Origin: an uncultured candidate division Zixibacteria bacterium
GTDB taxonomy: Bacteria > Zixibacteria > MSB-5A5 > GN15 > FEB-12
DNA: 64,000 nucleotides
Assembly: GCA_963664195.1 (NCBI GenBank)
Contig: OY760907.1
Coordinates: 640,001 to 704,000 of the forward strand
Direction of reading: 5' to 3'
Notes under the pieces: model-generated
Databases searched by the model: none
What the model was told of the DNA's origin: nothing
Seen by the model: the letters and a program-made list of their open reading frames with translations, nothing else
In this document: positions 48,610-59,117 of the stretch, piece after piece
Numbering within the stretch: the stretch's first letter is position 1
How the letters are laid out: each line of letters opens with the position of its first letter
Translations under genes and position numbers: made by a program

Positions 48610-49359
48610 CTACTGCCCGCCTATCGGGATCGAAATCGCAAACGTGAACGAAAAACCACCGTTCTTCAGATCTTCCGCAGTGCCGCCGGTGGGTTCCTCC
48701 GATCCCGGATCAAAATCGAAGTCAACAAACGGAACTTCGTTTTCGGGGACCGAATTCAAGTCATCAATATCATCAAACGCGGTTCCAAAGCCCTTATCAT
48801 ACCGAACCTCGGCTGCCCCCCGTACGCTTCCAAGAGGGAAGTCTATACCAATACCGACAATACCACTAAAATCCATGCTCTTGACATTGGCGATGTCGAA
48901 CTCGCCATCGACATTGGTATCATTGTAGCCGCTGATCTCATCCTTGCCTGAGATGTTGAAGCCCACAGCAGGACCGAACAAAAAGTGTGGTGCAATCTTA
49001 CCTTTGGTCGGTATCTTAATCCGAGCTAGAATGGGCACTTCAAGATAGACCAGCTTGACGTTTTCGGTAACAGTAGTCGGGTCACTGAACTCATCCTCTA
49101 CCGGGTACTCTTTCTTGACGCCCTTCATCACAAACAGCGCCTCAGGATTGCACGATATCGTTTCGCTGAGGCCAATCTCGGCGAAAAGCCCCGCTGTCAG
49201 ACCAGCTTTCATCTTGGCGTCGGTCCCCTCGGTTGCGTCTCCCGACATTGAGGAAAAGCTCGGCCCCAGTTTTACGCCAAAATGTGTGCCGGCCTCTGCA
49301 CTCACGCTGGCAGCCAGGGCGAGCGCAAACACTCCCATCACAATCGATAATCTTTTCAT
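48610..49359 (-). CDS. Outer-membrane beta-barrel protein (PorT-like)
   Basis: Signal peptide, FGVKLG, PEALFVMKG, YLEVPIL, GP.VGF, EVRY. Confidence 0.75.
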   Translation of the reverse strand: MKRLSIVMGVFALALAASVSAEAGTHFGVKLGPSFSSMSGDATEGTDAKMKAGLTAGLFAEIGLSETISCNPEALFVMKGVKKEYPVEDEFSDPTTVTENVKLVYLEVPILARIKIPTKGKIAPHFLFGPAVGFNISGKDEISGYNDTNVDGEFDIANVKSMDFSGIVGIGIDFPLGSVRGAAEVRYDKGFGTAFDDIDDLNSVPENEVPFVDFDFDPGSEEPTGGTAEDLKNGGFSFTFAISIPIGGQ

Positions 49360-49524
49360 TCGGTTCTCCTGTGAATCGTGCCGCTTGAGCGGATGTGCTC
49401 AGAATCCGCTCAAGGGTGCTCTGATCTCAAGATGGTCAAATCTACAGAACTGTCGCAAGGCTATTTCACGTAAAGACCTCAGCAAGTGTCTTATTTTGCC
49501 AGTGCGAATGTCAAAAAGTGGCAC

Positions 49525-50709
49525 TCAACTTGATACATCGGAGGGTTGCAAACTCGATTCAGCCTCGCCGTTGAGTTTACTCCTCGCAGGCACTTTGAGC
49601 GCAAAGAGCATGTCGATCAATACAATCACCGCCCCGGCAACAAAGGTCGCCTCATAACCCAACGTAACCCAGGCCACACCGCCGATGACTGGAATAATGA
49701 TAGCGGTAACATGGTTGGCGGTCATGCCGAACGCGAGACAGCCGGTCAGGTCTTCCTTTGATGCAATCTTTCGAAGATAGGATTTTAATGCTATAGAAGA
49801 TCCGAACAAAACGTTGTCGATCAGGTAGAGGCCTATCAATAGCGGGAGAAAACTCACAACCGCGTATCCGGCAAATACGAAGACCAGGAGGAAAGAACAG
49901 CCGACCAGAACAAACCGCTCTCCGTACTTGTCGCTCAAAAAGCCAAGGTATCGATTGGTAAAAATCGTCACCAGGTTGTTTGCCAGCATGATGGCCGCAA
50001 TCACGGTGATATCAAGGCCGTGGTTTTTCACCAAAAGAAAGATCGCAAAAGTCGTGAAGATATGACGGCGGCACCCTCGCAGGAATGAAAGCGTGTAGTA
50101 CAACCAGTATTTCTTCTGAATCCTCACTTTCCGCTTTTCCGACTTTCCGCGGTTGGCCGGAAGGGCAAACACCAGATAAACACCAATCGCCGCGACCGCA
50201 CCACCTATCAAATAGAACGTAACTCGATAGTCGAGGAACAAAGTCAGGGTCATAACGAGAATCGCCCCACCCAGACCTGCCATAGATTCAAAAGACTGAA
50301 GCTCACCCTGCACTTTGCCGAGCTCCTCGGATCTGGCCAGAGCAAGAAGCTGTGAGGAGTTGGTCGGTTCGAAATAGTGGAAACCAAACGACATCAGGAC
50401 AGTTGCGATTCCCAACACAAGAAACGAGGGCGACAATCCACACACAATCAAGCCAAGCCCTACGGCGACAATCGATACTGCCGCGATCCGTGATTCTGTG
50501 AAATAGAGGGCAAGCGCCCCGGCACCGAACGCAAGCAGTCCGGGTATTTCGCGAGTGGCCTGAATGATGCCGACTCCGGTCGGAGAGGCATCGAATACCT
50601 CAACCGCAAAGTTGTTGAACATGATCCGCCAGGTATAGAAACCAATCCAGACCACCACTGCGGAGAAGGTAACGGTGAACACCGAGACTTTTTTTATTCC
50701 AAGAGCCAT
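49525..50709 (-). CDS. MFS transporter
   Basis: About 12 TMs, REIPGLL, GFLSDKYGER motif A. Confidence 0.85.
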   Translation of the reverse strand: MALGIKKVSVFTVTFSAVVVWIGFYTWRIMFNNFAVEVFDASPTGVGIIQATREIPGLLAFGAGALALYFTESRIAAVSIVAVGLGLIVCGLSPSFLVLGIATVLMSFGFHYFEPTNSSQLLALARSEELGKVQGELQSFESMAGLGGAILVMTLTLFLDYRVTFYLIGGAVAAIGVYLVFALPANRGKSEKRKVRIQKKYWLYYTLSFLRGCRRHIFTTFAIFLLVKNHGLDITVIAAIMLANNLVTIFTNRYLGFLSDKYGERFVLVGCSFLLVFVFAGYAVVSFLPLLIGLYLIDNVLFGSSIALKSYLRKIASKEDLTGCLAFGMTANHVTAIIIPVIGGVAWVTLGYEATFVAGAVIVLIDMLFALKVPARSKLNGEAESSLQPSDVSS

Positions 50710-50871
50710 AGTCGGATGAAGATAACACAATGGCGATCCGGGTACAGCACAAAAACAGCCACCTGCCGATCGAGAGATCTGCATCTTTGAAACTTGTCCG
50801 ATCCCGGCCCAATGACGATATTGCTTCCCGCAAGTTACCCATTCGACCAACGATTCAAGGGAGACGTAGCT

Positions 50872-51690
50872 GTGGAAGCTTTCGACTGGCTAAGTGACAT
50901 GAACCCAATCATGCAGGCGTTTATCGCCACCTGTTTCACATGGCTGCTTACCGCTCTCGGTGCCGCCGGGGTGTTCATGGCCAAGCAGCCCAAACAGAGG
51001 ACGCTTGATGTCCTGCTCGGGTTCGCCGCCGGTGTGATGATCGCCGCTAGTTTCTGGTCACTGCTGGCGCCGGCAATCGAAATGTCGGAGAGCGGACCGC
51101 TGCCGTCCTGGATGCCGGCCGCGATCGGCTTCATGCTGGGTGGAATCTTCCTGCGGGGCCTGGACATGGTCCTGCCGCACCTTCATCCCGGAATGCCGGC
51201 GAGTGAGACCGAGGGCCTCCCGACCAAATGGCACCGAAGCATCCTTCTGGTTCTCGCGATTACGCTGCACAACATCCCGGAAGGTCTCGCTGTGGGTGTG
51301 GCCTTCGGTGCTGTGGCGGCCGGCCTCCCTTCAGCGACTCTCGCAGGCGCGATTGCCCTGGCAATTGGTATCGGTATCCAGAATTTCCCCGAAGGCCTTG
51401 CAGTGTCAATGCCGCTGCGCCGCGAGGGTCTTTCTCGACGGAAGTCCTTCTGGTACGGTCAGCTTTCGGGTATTGTCGAGCCGATGGCCGGTGTCGCCGG
51501 ATCTGCGCTGGTGTTGATCGCCACGCCGATTCTCCCTTACGCTTTGGCGTTTGCTGCCGGAGCGATGATATTCGTCGTGGTTGAAGAGTTGATCCCGGAA
51601 TCGCAGATCGGAGGACACTCCGATGCCGCAACAATGGGTGCGCTGATAGGATTCACGGTGATGATGACGCTCGATGTCGCCCTGGGGTAA
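50872..51690 (+). CDS. ZIP family (ZupT/GufA) metal transporter
   Basis: [34 protein letters not shown] start after GGGAG. Confidence 0.92.
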   Translation: MEAFDWLSDMNPIMQAFIATCFTWLLTALGAAGVFMAKQPKQRTLDVLLGFAAGVMIAASFWSLLAPAIEMSESGPLPSWMPAAIGFMLGGIFLRGLDMVLPHLHPGMPASETEGLPTKWHRSILLVLAITLHNIPEGLAVGVAFGAVAAGLPSATLAGAIALAIGIGIQNFPEGLAVSMPLRREGLSRRKSFWYGQLSGIVEPMAGVAGSALVLIATPILPYALAFAAGAMIFVVVEELIPESQIGGHSDAATMGALIGFTVMMTLDVALG

Positions 51691-51717
51691 GTATGATCTG
51701 CTCCAAGCAGGTCGAGC

Positions 51718-52155
51718 CTACTCCAACTTCATCCCCGACATCCTTACGTAGCAGTTCAACGACACCCGATCGAGTGTCTTCGTGTTCTTAAAGCCGAGCG
51801 ACTCGTAGAACAACCGCTGGCGTTCCTCGTCATCGGTAAGAATTACCTGCGTGCGACAATGCGCGAATCTCTCCAGACAGTTTTCGAGCAGCTTCCGACC
51901 GATCCCCTTGCGCTGATGCGCCGGATTGACAAGAATGTCCTGAAGGTAACAGATCGAGACATCATCGGAAACACACCGCGCCAACGCAAGTAGCTCGTCT
52001 CCTTTACGACAGGTAACGACATAGGTCGAGTTGAGTATTGCTTTCATGAGATTGTCGGCATCTTTGGTGTAGTTGGTCCAACCGCAGGAGTTGTAGAGGG
52101 CGAAGACGGCATGTTTCGTGAGACCGCCGGTTCCTTCGTTGAGAGTGTGTGTCAT
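51718..52155 (-). CDS. GNAT family N-acetyltransferase
   Basis: VNPAHQRKGIG, FYESLGF. Confidence 0.88.
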   Translation of the reverse strand: MTHTLNEGTGGLTKHAVFALYNSCGWTNYTKDADNLMKAILNSTYVVTCRKGDELLALARCVSDDVSICYLQDILVNPAHQRKGIGRKLLENCLERFAHCRTQVILTDDEERQRLFYESLGFKNTKTLDRVSLNCYVRMSGMKLE

Positions 52156-52601
52156 TTAGTGCCACGCTCGCCGGACCAGTGAGGTACTCTGAACTCAAGC
52201 CCGTCAGTTAGTTCGTCGTCCCATTCCAGACCAGATTGACACCATTCGCCATTCCCGCTGGGGAACTCATTCCGACAGCATGCGCGCCGCTTGGCGAAGT
52301 CCACAACTGCCTGAAATCGCCCACGGTAATGAATTCCAGTACGCTGCAGCGCGGCATTCCAAACAACAAAGATTCGCTCTGAGGCGCAAACTTGCTCCGG
52401 CAGGTGGTAATCGTATAGATGTAGTGCGACCAGAATGTCGTCCTGAGCTTCATTCGTAGCATACAGATAGCCAGTATCGTCGCCATCCTCGAACACGACG
52501 CCGTAGCCACAACCATCAAAGGGAATCATGTAGCTGCCCGGTCCAGTGAAGTTCACTGTAATAACACTCGATCCACATTTTCTTTTTCTGAAAAACCACA
52601 T
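52152..52601 (-). CDS. DUF2251-like hypothetical protein
   Basis: VVFEDDGDTGYLYA...ALHLY...AVVDF...CCRNEFP. Confidence 0.6.
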   Translation of the reverse strand: MWFFRKRKCGSSVITVNFTGPGSYMIPFDGCGYGVVFEDGDDTGYLYATNEAQDDILVALHLYDYHLPEQVCASERIFVVWNAALQRTGIHYRGRFQAVVDFAKRRACCRNEFPSGNGEWCQSGLEWDDELTDGLEFRVPHWSGERGTK

Positions 52602-52644
52602 TCCGTCTCCCCGAATCCTTCTAGCCCACACAAAACCACCTGAT

Positions 52645-53418
52645 TCAGTCGCCGCCCGTCAACCGCGCGACGGCTACAATCCTGTCCGTCGTCCCGAGAA
52701 CAATGTCCCTGCCGTAACCGCCCAGAAGTCTAACAATCGAAAACTTGGCCGCACTCAATGTATGCGTGAGTTCGCCCATCGTCCAGCATCTCATTACGAG
52801 ATCATAGGACGTGCGCAGAGTATCGTTCGAGGTTACCAGTTCCGACGTCTCCCTTATCAATAGTCCGTGGCGACGTTCATCAAACCCCGTACGGCTCCTC
52901 CAAAATAACTCCCCGCGATCAGTCACAAAACGTTTTTCGATGATCGGTTTGGCCGCTTTTCTCCGCACACTCGCTTCCCAATCACGGACGTCGAGTATCA
53001 GGACGCCGTTCGGTTTCAGCACGCTCGCAAACGAAGGAAACACTCTCTGCCGATCTGAATCTAATGTAAGATCGTTCAGTACTCCCCGGCAAATCACCGC
53101 GTCGCACAAGACCATCTTCGGCAAATCAAGGAGATTCCCCTCGACAAACTCGACCGCCCCTTCGCACATCTCACACTTCGCCTTCGCCTGAGCAATCATT
53201 TCACGCGAGAGATCAACGCCACAGATATTGTAGCCCTGTCGGCCAAGGCGTGAGGCGTATTCCCCCGTCCCGCAACCGGCATCAAGGACGCGACCGTCGG
53301 CCGGGACACCCGCTTCGCGAAGTGCCCTGTCGATGAAACCGGCCCAGACCTCTGAAGGCTTTTCGACAATCAGATCATAGGCCCAGGCCAATTCGTTGTA
53401 TAGCGGTCGTTTTGCCAT
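52645..53418 (-). CDS. Class I SAM-dependent methyltransferase
   Basis: VLDAGCGTG, GVDLS, LKPNGVLILD. Confidence 0.88.
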   Translation of the reverse strand: MAKRPLYNELAWAYDLIVEKPSEVWAGFIDRALREAGVPADGRVLDAGCGTGEYASRLGRQGYNICGVDLSREMIAQAKAKCEMCEGAVEFVEGNLLDLPKMVLCDAVICRGVLNDLTLDSDRQRVFPSFASVLKPNGVLILDVRDWEASVRRKAAKPIIEKRFVTDRGELFWRSRTGFDERRHGLLIRETSELVTSNDTLRTSYDLVMRCWTMGELTHTLSAAKFSIVRLLGGYGRDIVLGTTDRIVAVARLTGGD

Positions 53419-53443
53419 TTTGGTCGCCGTCTCTTCTGATCCC

Positions 53444-55393
53444 CTACGGGCACGGTGACAGTGGAGTCAGAGTTATGAATAGGTGATCAATCAACGTTGT
53501 CAGGTCACCCATTGTCACCAGGTAGTCCCCACTCATATCAATATTGGCCTCTTGCGGACAGTCAATCGGCGCCAGCGAAATGAACAGGTGGTCAATCAGT
53601 ACGGTCAGATCGCTGGTCGTCACCAGATCGTCTGCGGATCCGTCGACATTACCCACTGACGGTCCCGTGCAACAGCAATGATCACCTATGCCGTCACCGT
53701 TGCTGTCTTGCTGTTCCGGATCGTACACACCGGCACAAACATCGCAGAGATCGCCGACGCTGTCGCCATCGCCATCTTCCTGCCCCGGATTGTACTCGCC
53801 CGGACAATTGTCGTATAGATTGACCCGGCCATCGTTATCGTCGTCGGTGAAGAAGCCGCGTGCGATTCTCACGACCACAACATCGACAGAGTCTTCGGCC
53901 TGTGTGTCAAAAGCATCGGCCGAAGCCGGCAGATCGGTAGAATTAGTCTCACCGCTGAGATACACGTTTCCATCACTGTCTAGAGCAATCCCCGGGTGAT
54001 CGTCATTGCCGGTCCCTCCTATGTAGGTCGAGAAGCGCAACTCTGTCAAGTCGTAATCAAGAGTTGTGAAGACCAGGTCGCGGTCACCACCGGCATAGGT
54101 TGTGTCGAGGGCGGCCTCGCCCCGCGAGAAGTCCGAAGAAGTCGTACAGTTGCCCACGTGTACCAGACTGTCACTATCCACAGCTATGTCCCAGGCGACT
54201 TCCCAGCCAGCACCACCGAGGTAAGTCGAGGCTTCTACGGTCGATAGATTGGGGTCGAATCTCGTGACGAAGCAATCATCCCCGTTGACCTCGCCGGGAA
54301 CACTGTTGTAGGTATCGTCGAACGTTCCTTCAGGCATCGGAAAACCGGCGTCTGAGGTGGTATGTCCGGTCACAAAGACACCTCCAAAATCGTCTGCGAG
54401 TACCGAGTAACAGAACTCCGAGCCGTTGCCTCCCAGACGGGTTGAGGCCATCAACTGCGTCAGGTCGCCGGAGAACCGAGACACAAAAGCATCGTATCCA
54501 CCCCCACCATATCCCGTCTGTGCTGCACCGGCTGTTACCGGGAAGTTGGCCGCCCCACTGCCGCCCACGACGTACACCGTGCCGTCGGGACCGACGGCAA
54601 TCCCTTCAGACCAGTCGTCCAATCTGTCGCCGAGAAACGTCGCTCCGAGCAATGATGTCAGTTCAGAGTCAAAACGAGCCACCCAAACGTCCATCCCGTG
54701 CGTTCCCACTTCGCAGTACGTGGTGTCGTAGGCACCAACGCTGTATGGGAAGTCATCCGAATTCGTACAACCGCACAGGTACACAGTGCCGTCGGGCGCC
54801 AGTGCCATACCAAACGAATGTTCCGCGTCTCGCCCGCCCAGGAAGGTCGATGCGATGACCGTATCAAGGTCATTGGACAACACGGTGACGAAAACATCCC
54901 CACGAGCATACGGGCTGAATCCCGGGCCGTTGTAAGCATCGTCGTAGGAACCGGACGAGGCCGGGAAATCTGGAGATTCGGTGTTGCCTGAAACATACAC
55001 CCGACCGTCCTGCCCAATCGCCAATGCGGTGGCCATGTCATCGTACGTTCCGCCGAAGGTCCTGTAGGCCAGGACAGTGGTCAGATCCGGGCTGAGTTTG
55101 ACTACAAATGCTTCGTATTGGGCACCTTTGTCAGTGCCTTCTTTGGTGTCCCCTCCCGGGAATCCGGCCACCTCGGTCCAACCGGCCACAAATACGTCAT
55201 TGTTGTCATCTACGGCGGTCACCATCCGGGGGTAGGCCTGTTCTCCGAACTCGCCCCCCAGAAAAGTCAGACGAAAACTCTCCTCAACAGTTTCCTGAGC
55301 AGACACACTCGGAAACGATAGCCAGGTTATCAAAGCGACAGTTGTCGCCAGATACCAGAACTTCTTCATAAACGGGACTATGGCACTCAGCAT
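53444..55393 (-). CDS. Secreted SBBP beta-propeller protein with TSP3 repeats and dockerin-like tail
   Basis: Repeats such as STxLGG..D....IAxxxDGxVYVxGxTxSxDFP; DNCP..NP.QED.DGD; duplicated GNVDGS.D.LVT..DLT.LIDHLF. Confidence 0.82.
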   Translation of the reverse strand: MLSAIVPFMKKFWYLATTVALITWLSFPSVSAQETVEESFRLTFLGGEFGEQAYPRMVTAVDDNNDVFVAGWTEVAGFPGGDTKEGTDKGAQYEAFVVKLSPDLTTVLAYRTFGGTYDDMATALAIGQDGRVYVSGNTESPDFPASSGSYDDAYNGPGFSPYARGDVFVTVLSNDLDTVIASTFLGGRDAEHSFGMALAPDGTVYLCGCTNSDDFPYSVGAYDTTYCEVGTHGMDVWVARFDSELTSLLGATFLGDRLDDWSEGIAVGPDGTVYVVGGSGAANFPVTAGAAQTGYGGGGYDAFVSRFSGDLTQLMASTRLGGNGSEFCYSVLADDFGGVFVTGHTTSDAGFPMPEGTFDDTYNSVPGEVNGDDCFVTRFDPNLSTVEASTYLGGAGWEVAWDIAVDSDSLVHVGNCTTSSDFSRGEAALDTTYAGGDRDLVFTTLDYDLTELRFSTYIGGTGNDDHPGIALDSDGNVYLSGETNSTDLPASADAFDTQAEDSVDVVVVRIARGFFTDDDNDGRVNLYDNCPGEYNPGQEDGDGDSVGDLCDVCAGVYDPEQQDSNGDGIGDHCCCTGPSVGNVDGSADDLVTTSDLTVLIDHLFISLAPIDCPQEANIDMSGDYLVTMGDLTTLIDHLFITLTPLSPCP

Positions 55394-55612
55394 CTCGGAC
55401 TCCTTAAGGAAATGTGTGAAAACGCAATTACTCTTATCGCCAGACTCGAAAGTCCGACAAACAACCACCCGATTCCCTGACAGTGACTCGACAAAGGATC
55501 TGAGTCACGTCATACTGAACAAGCGGCCTTGGGCAAACGTAGCGCACCCGTCCCATGAGTACTGTGTGCTGCCCCTGGATAGCCTTTTTCACTCTGCTGC
55601 CTTTTTGATCAA

Positions 55613-57772
55613 CTACTCACACGGCGGCAGAGAGTTAAGTGATATGAACAAATGATCGATCAATGTCGTCAGGTCACCCATTGTCACCAGCCCATCGGCA
55701 CTGAGATCGACGTTCCCTTCATCGATGCAATCCAGCGGCAGAAGAGAGATGAACAGATGATCAATCAGCGTCGTGAGGTCTCCCATAGTGATCAGTTGAT
55801 CTGGCGACCCGTCGACGTTTCCCCTTGAAGGGCCGGTGCAGCAAGTCGGCATCTGGAGGTCGACCACTCGCGTCGCCGGTGCGTAGTCATGCTGCTGACC
55901 GTGGTGACTGCCCTCAAACAGATATTCTCCACCTGAAAAAGCATTCACTTCCACTGTAGTGAGATTAGACGATGTCGCATCCTCACCGACTGTGAAATAC
56001 AGCCTGAGGAGCGGTCCGATACCGGCCTCAAGGAAAGGCTGCGTCGAGTAGCCGGAAGTCCATGGTGTCAGATGAAAGTGTAACCTACCGTTGGTCGGAT
56101 CCACAACATCCTGAACCACGGACTGACAGGAAACGGTCCGGCACCCGACGACACTAAAGGAATCATAGACAATCTCCAGATCACCGCTGTACTGGATCGG
56201 CAAAAGCATATCTGTGAGCCGAAGCGTGTTGTTTGCTTGCACCGCTACCACCAGAGAATTCCCGGGCACCACCAATCCGGCATTGCACCAGACGCTGTCG
56301 GCGAGGACATTCATGTAATCGCCGCGAGTTCGAGTGATTTGGCCGAGCCCCACGTCAAGCGTCAGGGTTACATCGTACTCCCCCGCATTCTCGTACGTGT
56401 GCACGGGGTTCTGATCGAACGACGTATTGCCGTCACCGAAATCCCACGTCCATTTATCGACAGTAGTATCCGACATCCCGGTGAATTGCACGGTCAACGG
56501 CGCATCGCCGAGTATCGTATCGGCAAAGAACATGATGCTTCGATCCGGTTCTATCCGCGTGTACATCCGTTCGACCATGGGATCACATCCGCCCCAGGTG
56601 CAGTAGAGGTTGTCTACGGCATACCAGAGCGTGTTGCCTCCCCCCCAACCGTAGTTCATATGGTAAAAGCTCTGACTGTCCTGTGCACGCCAACCGTCGG
56701 CGACAATCATGTGATCGGAGATGAGGTACTGAATCGGACGGTTCGCGTCGATTTCGGCTCTGACGAATCCAAACCAATCTTCGGGAGTGTGGGCGTTTCG
56801 ATTTAGCGCTGTGACCTCATCTTTGTAGCCGAACCAATCCGGCAGCAAATCAAGCACCGGATCGACGTTGCCGATTGAATAGCATACGCCGTAGTCAACA
56901 TGATAGGCCCGACCGACCTCGGAACACAACTCGGCCATCTCTGCAACGGAACCGGAGTAACCGTAGCGATCAGAGAAGTTCGCATCGAGATACAGCCCCG
57001 GCGATGTTCCCTCGCATGATTGATCACCGTTCCACATATATTCAGTATTGCCGAATCCGGCGGGCGGCCATTGATGATAGTGCATGATCTGGGCAAGAGC
57101 CGTGGCGACGCACCAGACAACAGAGCGATTTCCGTCACCCTGCGGACAATAGATGTTGTAGGGGTGGGTCTGATGCCAGATAGTGCTCAGGAGCGGGCCG
57201 TTTTCGGCTCGCTCACCCGCTCCCCTGGCGATAGCGGCATCAAACTGCTCGGACTCCTGCAAGAGGTAATCCCAGGCCCGGCCGTTGCAACTACCGAACA
57301 GCCCCTGATCGCTTCTCTGAGGAGTGACAGCGACATCGCCGTAGAAATCGATGTAAAGATCGCGGCGTTCGATCAGTACATCGCGCACGAGAGCACCAAC
57401 CCCCTGCTGCTCACCAAACACCGGCTGTCCGGTCTGTGAAAAGCACTTGACAGGAGGAAGCTCCTTGAGCGAAGGGACAATGACGAAACCGTCCGGAGCA
57501 AGATGGAAACACCAGCCGAGAACGTCGCCTCCCGAGGTAATCGCTTCCACGCGTTTGACTTCCGCAGTCAGACTGCCAGCCCAGCAGTCATCCTCCGCAA
57601 TCTCGTTTGCAATGAAATTGCGGCAAACCTGGGATGCCTCTTGGATTGTGGCCTCTGTGGCAAGACATGCCGTCGACAGAAGCATCCACGGCAATAGCAC
57701 CAACAGGCAGAACGTAAGAATCGCCAGGGGGCTGATACGCGTACGAATACAACGGCATGTCGGGTGCAACAT
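55613..57772 (-). CDS. C10 (streptopain-like) cysteine peptidase with PKD, cohesin-like and dockerin-like domains
   Basis: Propeptide, WHQ, CVATALAQIMHYH (Cys), HMIVADG (His), HMNYGWGG, WDFGDG, dockerin-like tail. Confidence 0.85.
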   Translation of the reverse strand: MLHPTCRCIRTRISPLAILTFCLLVLLPWMLLSTACLATEATIQEASQVCRNFIANEIAEDDCWAGSLTAEVKRVEAITSGGDVLGWCFHLAPDGFVIVPSLKELPPVKCFSQTGQPVFGEQQGVGALVRDVLIERRDLYIDFYGDVAVTPQRSDQGLFGSCNGRAWDYLLQESEQFDAAIARGAGERAENGPLLSTIWHQTHPYNIYCPQGDGNRSVVWCVATALAQIMHYHQWPPAGFGNTEYMWNGDQSCEGTSPGLYLDANFSDRYGYSGSVAEMAELCSEVGRAYHVDYGVCYSIGNVDPVLDLLPDWFGYKDEVTALNRNAHTPEDWFGFVRAEIDANRPIQYLISDHMIVADGWRAQDSQSFYHMNYGWGGGNTLWYAVDNLYCTWGGCDPMVERMYTRIEPDRSIMFFADTILGDAPLTVQFTGMSDTTVDKWTWDFGDGNTSFDQNPVHTYENAGEYDVTLTLDVGLGQITRTRGDYMNVLADSVWCNAGLVVPGNSLVVAVQANNTLRLTDMLLPIQYSGDLEIVYDSFSVVGCRTVSCQSVVQDVVDPTNGRLHFHLTPWTSGYSTQPFLEAGIGPLLRLYFTVGEDATSSNLTTVEVNAFSGGEYLFEGSHHGQQHDYAPATRVVDLQMPTCCTGPSRGNVDGSPDQLITMGDLTTLIDHLFISLLPLDCIDEGNVDLSADGLVTMGDLTTLIDHLFISLNSLPPCE

Positions 57773-57979
57773 GACTCGGTCCTCATCTGAAACTGTCGGA
57801 TGCCGGATCAGGGTGCTGTCGACCGCTGTTTCTATGATCTTGGCAGTCGCCGAGATAACCGGCATACGGGATCATTCTTCGGTATGCTAGACTAGAGACG
57901 ATTGAGCGTCACGGGGTGTTTAGCGGAAACTGGCAGTTAGTTGACCATTTTATGTTTCCGCAGATGAAATGAGCCGAGT

Positions 57980-59095
57980 TTACTGCGTCAGCTTGAATGT
58001 CGCGGAGCCGACAACCTCACCGTTGATGACCAGCTCGATCGAGTGATCACCGGGATAGTGTTTGCGAGTCGTCATCTCCCGGAAAGAGTGCTTTGTCGCA
58101 AGAGAGAGCGTCTCCCCAGGCTTGATCCTCTTTTCGGCAAACTTGAAGACTTTCGGCGATGGTTTCCCGTTCTTTTTCACGTAGTGCACGACATAGTCAA
58201 TGGCCAGCTTCTGGCTTTTCTTCGCCTGAGACGTGATGTCCGCTGAAACGGCAAACTCACCACCTATTTTGACGAGCTTCTTCGAGGTCCCAAACATCCG
58301 AACTGAAGTCTTTGGGTTGGGCGTGAACCCGAGCAACCCGAAGACAGCCGGATGGCGCTGTTTGATCAACGTACGGCAGGCGTGTTTGATGATCCAGCGA
58401 GTGTTTGCATTGGCGCCGTTCTGCCAGGAAATCGCCGTATCGATTACAGCCTGCGGATTGTCTTTTGAGATGTCGTTGAGATTATTGGCAACCGCCTTGC
58501 GGACATACAGCGACTCGTCCGCTTTGAGTTTCCCAAGCAATTCAATGACCGGTACAGGGTCCTTCTTGAACGACTCTATATGTGCAACCCAGACGCCGCG
58601 CGGACGGCTTCCCTCGGCAGCAAGACGACGAACGTGTTCGTTGGTATCTTCGGCCCACTCGTGGAGAAGAAACATTATCCGGTCAGTGTAGCGGATCATA
58701 AACGGCCTGATAGCAAACTCCGCGCTGCCGTAGCAGGTCAGAATCTTCAAGGCCTTCACCGAGGCGTCGAAATGCTCAAGGCCGTTTAACGCGACAAAGT
58801 CAGTAATGGCCCAGTTTCCAAAGCCGGGCAAAGAAGGGGCGGCCGCGGTAAGAACCGCCACCGCCTTCTTGAAGTCATTGGGGAGAAAAGGTCCAAGCGT
58901 CTGTGCAATACGCCCGACTCGTGCCTTGAGTTCGAGCGTCTCGAACCCGTCGTCGAGAACGGCCTCAACAAAACCCTTCTGGTCAAACTTCCGATACGTC
59001 TTGCCTATCGCCCGAGCGATCTTCTCAATCCGCTCGCGCGCAACGTAGTCCTTCCACAGTCCGGATTCCGGCTGACCGTCCTCTTTTGGCGTCAC
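57980..59095 (-). CDS. DNA alkylation repair protein (AlkC-like HEAT-repeat glycosylase)
   Basis: SAEFAIRPF, HVRRLAAEGSRPR, YVRKAVANNLNDISKD, C-terminal Ig-like TTRKHYPG. Confidence 0.85.
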   Translation of the reverse strand: MTPKEDGQPESGLWKDYVARERIEKIARAIGKTYRKFDQKGFVEAVLDDGFETLELKARVGRIAQTLGPFLPNDFKKAVAVLTAAAPSLPGFGNWAITDFVALNGLEHFDASVKALKILTCYGSAEFAIRPFMIRYTDRIMFLLHEWAEDTNEHVRRLAAEGSRPRGVWVAHIESFKKDPVPVIELLGKLKADESLYVRKAVANNLNDISKDNPQAVIDTAISWQNGANANTRWIIKHACRTLIKQRHPAVFGLLGFTPNPKTSVRMFGTSKKLVKIGGEFAVSADITSQAKKSQKLAIDYVVHYVKKNGKPSPKVFKFAEKRIKPGETLSLATKHSFREMTTRKHYPGDHSIELVINGEVVGSATFKLTQ

Positions 59096-59117
59096 AGCAT
59101 TGTCTCCCGATATAACT

